A stretch of 64,000 nt of DNA from Octopus vulgaris (lineage: Eukaryota), in assembly GCA_951406725.2 (NCBI GenBank), contig OX597823.1:38068001-38132000 (forward strand), in the 5' to 3' direction. The notes under the pieces are model-generated. The model saw nothing but the letters and a program-made list of their open reading frames with translations. It was not told the DNA's origin and made no database searches. The translations under genes were made by a program, and so were the position numbers. Shown here in pieces: positions 61,769 to 64,000 of this stretch; positions within the stretch are counted from its first letter, which is position 1; each line of letters opens with the position of its first letter.

Positions 61769-63339
61769 CATTTATATGTATGTATATATGTTTATATATT
61801 TGTGTCTCATGGTCTTGACATTGCGTGATTGTTATATAAATGTTATTCATAACCAATCTTCCATGAAAACATTTTGCCTTGAAGAAATATTATCTTAGAA
61901 ATAGGTAAGGGTTGGCAATAGGGAGGGCATCTGACTGTAGAAAATCTACTTCATTGAACTCTGCCTGACCAAAGCAAAAGCATGGAAAAGTAGACATTAA
62001 AATGGTGATGATGGTAATATTTTATTCTTTCTCTCCATATTTCTTCATAAATAGTTGCCCTTCCTACTATTAATCATTCAGCTATGAAATATGAGTAATA
62101 CTTGTTCTTTAGTCGTTGTTGCTTGCTCAGGAACATAAAACAGTAACAGATGGTCCAAACTAATGGACTGTAGATCAGTCTCATAATTTAACCTAATCAT
62201 TTTGACTTAAAAAAAAAGAAATTCAAAATATTTTTTCTAAGTTAAAAATGTATTTCTCACATAAATCTTCTAAAATTTATTCTTTTAGCTTTTTACTGCT
62301 TTCAGTTATTGGACTGCATCCATGTTGGGGGTATCAATTATATTGAGTCCCTAATATTTAATATGTGATCTCTGTTTAATTGAGTGGCTGAATTCATCAA
62401 TTGAGTTAATTCCCTTTCACGAGTTGTTTCCCCTTGGGGTATATATACCATACGGACTTCACACTTGTACACACACTCGCAACATACATACACCATCATC
62501 GTCGTTTTAATGTCCACTCTTCCATTTTCACATGAGGTGGAGGGACTTCATTCAGGAAGATTTTCTGCAGCCGGATGCACTTTCTTTACCTGCCTTCACC
62601 TGTTCCCAAACAATGTTATATTTTACCCAGTCTGTTTAATAACTAAAAAAAAGCCCAAACAAAGATTGTGCAACATGTCAAGAAACCTGGATGTGCTTTT
62701 GTGGTTCACTGTAAGCATACAACTCTGTGTTTACAGAATTTAAGCAGGTTAAAGACAAGGAGAAATCAAACACTTGGAGTCACATTTCACATACACACGC
62801 ACACGTTTTTTCAGTTTTTGTCTATCAATTTCACTCAGAAGGTATAGGATGTCCTGCAGCTGTAATACAGAATAATATTCATGTGGTGGAGACAGAACCC
62901 CCAAAGTTCTCAAGCAAACTTCTTAACCACATACACATATGTATATATAGGTGCTGTAGTGGCTGTGTTGTGAGAAGTTTTCTTCCCAACCACATTGTTT
63001 TCAGTTCATTGTTTTCTGTCCTACTGTGTGGAACCTTGGGCAAATGTCTTCTACTAGCCTTTGGCAAATGGAAACTAAAAGGAGCACTGTGTGTGTGTGT
63101 ATATGTGTATATATGAGTGTGTGTATGTATTTGTGTGCGTGTTACTGTCTTTTTGCCTTGACATTGTGTGATTCTGATCTTGGGGAAATGTTACCTTGCC
63201 TGGAAACAAGTGAGAGTTGGTGATAGGAAGGGTATCTGGCCATAGAAAACCTGTCTCAACAAAATTCCAACCAACCCATGCAAGCATGGAAACATGGAAG
63301 TTAAATCAATAATTATGCATACATATATATATCATCTTT

Positions 63340-64000
63340 TTTTTAACATCTATTCATGCTGGCATGGGTTGGATGGTTTAACAGGAGTTGGCCAGCTGGA
63401 GAGCTGCCCTGGCTCCATTTGTCTGTTTTGGCATGTTTCTGTGGCTTGATGCCCTTCCTAGCACCAACCACTTTACAGAGTGTACTGAGTGCTTTTATGT
63501 GACACTGGCATGGGCGCTTCTACATGGCACCAATGCAGGCACTTTTATGTAACACTGGCATGGATGCTTTTACGTGGTACCAGAACAGATGCTTTTACAT
63601 GGCATCAGAATGGGTGCTTTTACATGGCACCAGCACAGGCACTTTTACAGGGCACCAGCACTGATGCTTTTACATGGCACCAGTGCCCATAACACTAGAA
63701 TCTCTCAGCTCAGAGAGGGATGTAGAGGATATGCCAGCATGCATGGACAGCCACGAATTTACTTAGCTTGACGTGTCTTCTCAAGCACAGCAAATTGTCG
63801 GAAGTCTTGGTCCCTTGTCATCTCCTCTGTGAGGCCCAACATCTGAAGATCCTTTCTCACCACTTTGTACCTCATCTTCCTGGGTCTCCCACTTCTACAT
63901 GTTCCCTCAACAATTAGAGATTGGTACTTCTTAGTGAAGCCGTCCTCATCGATATGCATCACATGACCATACAAAAGCAGTCTTCTATCTTGCACACTAC
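63340..64000 (-). mobile_element. RTE LINE 3' end with expanded 3' UTR tandem repeats
   Basis: LLYGHVMH...GRPRK; GCTTTTACATGGCACCAG units of about 25 bp at 63490-63685. Confidence 0.88.

Noticed and set aside
63488-63690. CRISPR-like periodic repeats (also 40190-40510)
   Set aside because: Degenerate tandem units without unique spacers, inside LINE 3' UTRs; eukaryotic context and no cas genes.

Overview
AT-rich, transposon-dense animal genomic DNA. The RTE-LINE and SINE repertoire suggests Octopus or another coleoid cephalopod (inference). Two spliced genes are divergently oriented. On the minus strand are the first three coding exons of a GON4L homolog (14818 down to 9875), which continues off the left edge. 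On the plus strand is a complete 7-exon bicistronic molybdopterin synthase gene, MOCS2 (32037-60846), encoding MOCS2A (95 aa, ending in IPPISGG) and MOCS2B (154 aa). Human MOCS2 has overlapping out-of-frame ORFs. Here the predicted spliced mRNA instead puts the two ORFs in the same frame, separated only by TAA plus 12 nt (GGA TAA TCC A|TT TCT GCA ATG), and MOCS2A contains many internal AUGs. MOCS2B therefore probably needs reinitiation, exon 1-to-exon 4 skipping (which is in frame from an upstream ATG), or stop readthrough/editing to a MoaX-like fusion. The rest is mostly RTE, Tx1/L1, CRE and Penelope-like retroelement fragments, tRNA-derived SINEs, non-autonomous Helitrons and MITEs, plus palindromes carrying degenerate hammerhead-ribozyme motifs.
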